From: Acidobacteriota bacterium
Lineage (GTDB): Bacteria; Acidobacteriota; Thermoanaerobaculia; Multivoradales; Multivoraceae
Reading direction: 5' to 3'
Assembly: GCA_028875725.1 (NCBI GenBank)
Contig: JAPPCR010000006.1
Location: forward strand, 272,134-336,133
DNA: 64,000 nucleotides
In this document: piece after piece, positions 63,183 through 64,000 of the stretch
Numbering within the stretch: position 1 is the stretch's first letter
How the letters are laid out: the number at the start of each line of letters is the position of its first letter
The notes under the pieces: model-generated
The model's database searches: none
Seen by the model: only the letters and a program-made list of their open reading frames with translations
Told to the model about the DNA's origin: nothing
Position numbers and translations under genes: made by a program

Positions 63183-64000
63183 GCCGCCTCTCCGCGCTCT
63201 GCTATTGCCTCGTCGTCCGCGGGCATCGGCCCGGCGTTCTCGGTCAGGAAGGCGGCGAATTCTTCGGCGGCCTGACGGAGGCGGCCGCGGGCGTAGACGA
63301 TTCCCACCGGCCGCTCGAGCGGCGGGTCGAGCGGCACCGCGGCGAGCAGTCCCGCGCGCACTTCGGCGAGAAACGTCCTGAGCGGCAGGATCGCGGCGTA
63401 GTCGGTCGCCTGCAGCATGCTCTTGAACGTGTCGATGTTGTCGAGCCGCTGGGCGAACACGGCCTCGGCCCCGTTCCCGACCAGGTAGCTGCGAATGTGG
63501 CGCGCGGCGGGGAGTTCGTGGGTGAAGTGGATCAACTCGCGGCCGTCGAGGTCGGCGGCCAGCACGCGCTTGGCGCCGGCCAGTTCGTGGTTCACGCCGC
63601 AGGCCAAGCACATCCGCTCCTCCCGCAGCGGGCGCGATTGCAGGCCGGGCCACTGCTCCGGGTAGGAGACGATGCCGAAGTCGCAGCGGCCGGTTCGCGC
63701 CGCCTCGGCCACCGCGGCCGGCGGTTCGTACTCGATCTGCACGTCGAGTTCCGGTCGCTGGAGCTGGAACTCGGCCCGCAACTGGTTGAGCAGGGCGATG
63801 CCGGCGGAGTAGATCGCGTGGACCCGGACCGTCCCGCCCCGCTTCGGATCGAGACGGGAGACACTGCGCGCCAGGGCGTCGTAGCGGGCGACGAGTTCGC
63901 GTCCCTCGCGGGACACGAGTTCGCCGGCGGGAGTCAGCACGAAGGGCCGCTTGGAGCGGTCGAGGAGCCGCGTTCCGAAGAGCTCCTCCAGGTGCTGGAT
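63179..64000 (-). CDS. LysR family transcriptional regulator (5'-partial; HTH begins near the window edge)
   Basis: It has a LysR substrate-binding domain pattern, and an HTH-like segment is visible at the window end. Its stop overlaps the gltB start (ATGA). Confidence 0.8.

Overview
This is a high-GC (roughly 70%) bacterial chromosomal window, densely coding on both strands. By eye, gene content points to a Gram-negative, protein- and polysaccharide-scavenging organism, perhaps Gemmatimonadota- or Acidobacteriota-like; this taxon guess is inference only. Recognisable core genes are apaH, two sulfatases, a class-III aminotransferase, a Na+/solute symporter, secreted M28/TolB, M14 and S9 peptidases, and a GldA/F/G-like ABC system followed by a DUF4340 gene. 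There are also two TonB-dependent receptors, a TlpA-like redoxin, a TPR protein, hemB, a CoA-transferase/crotonase pair, an Ldh_2 dehydrogenase, a tandem DUF1080 gene, a LarA-like gene, and gltBD with an upstream LysR regulator. A three-gene minus-strand operon at 22.9-30.3 kb encodes an SGNH hydrolase, a PVC-type heme/cupredoxin/beta-propeller protein and a PQQ dehydrogenase with a Calx-beta tail. Many long ORFs in the six-frame track are antisense high-GC artefacts and were not called. The most unusual part is a roughly 4.4-kb lower-GC island at about 46.5-50.9 kb. It carries a frameshifted IS1595-family transposase, a HicB/HicA-like toxin-antitoxin pair behind a near-consensus sigma70 promoter, and a membrane-anchored protein translationally coupled to a small GIY-YIG-like protein and preceded by a coupled 18-codon uORF. 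It also has several small RBS-supported ORFs and operator-like palindromes. Other oddities are an AT-rich perfect palindrome in front of a TonB receptor gene, a 13-mer repeated on both flanks of the sulfatase/aminotransferase operon, a diverged tandem duplication of the 3' end of the DUF885 gene, and several ATGA/GTGA gene overlaps. No rRNA, tRNA or CRISPR arrays were recognised. All homology calls are by eye from motifs; no searches were run.
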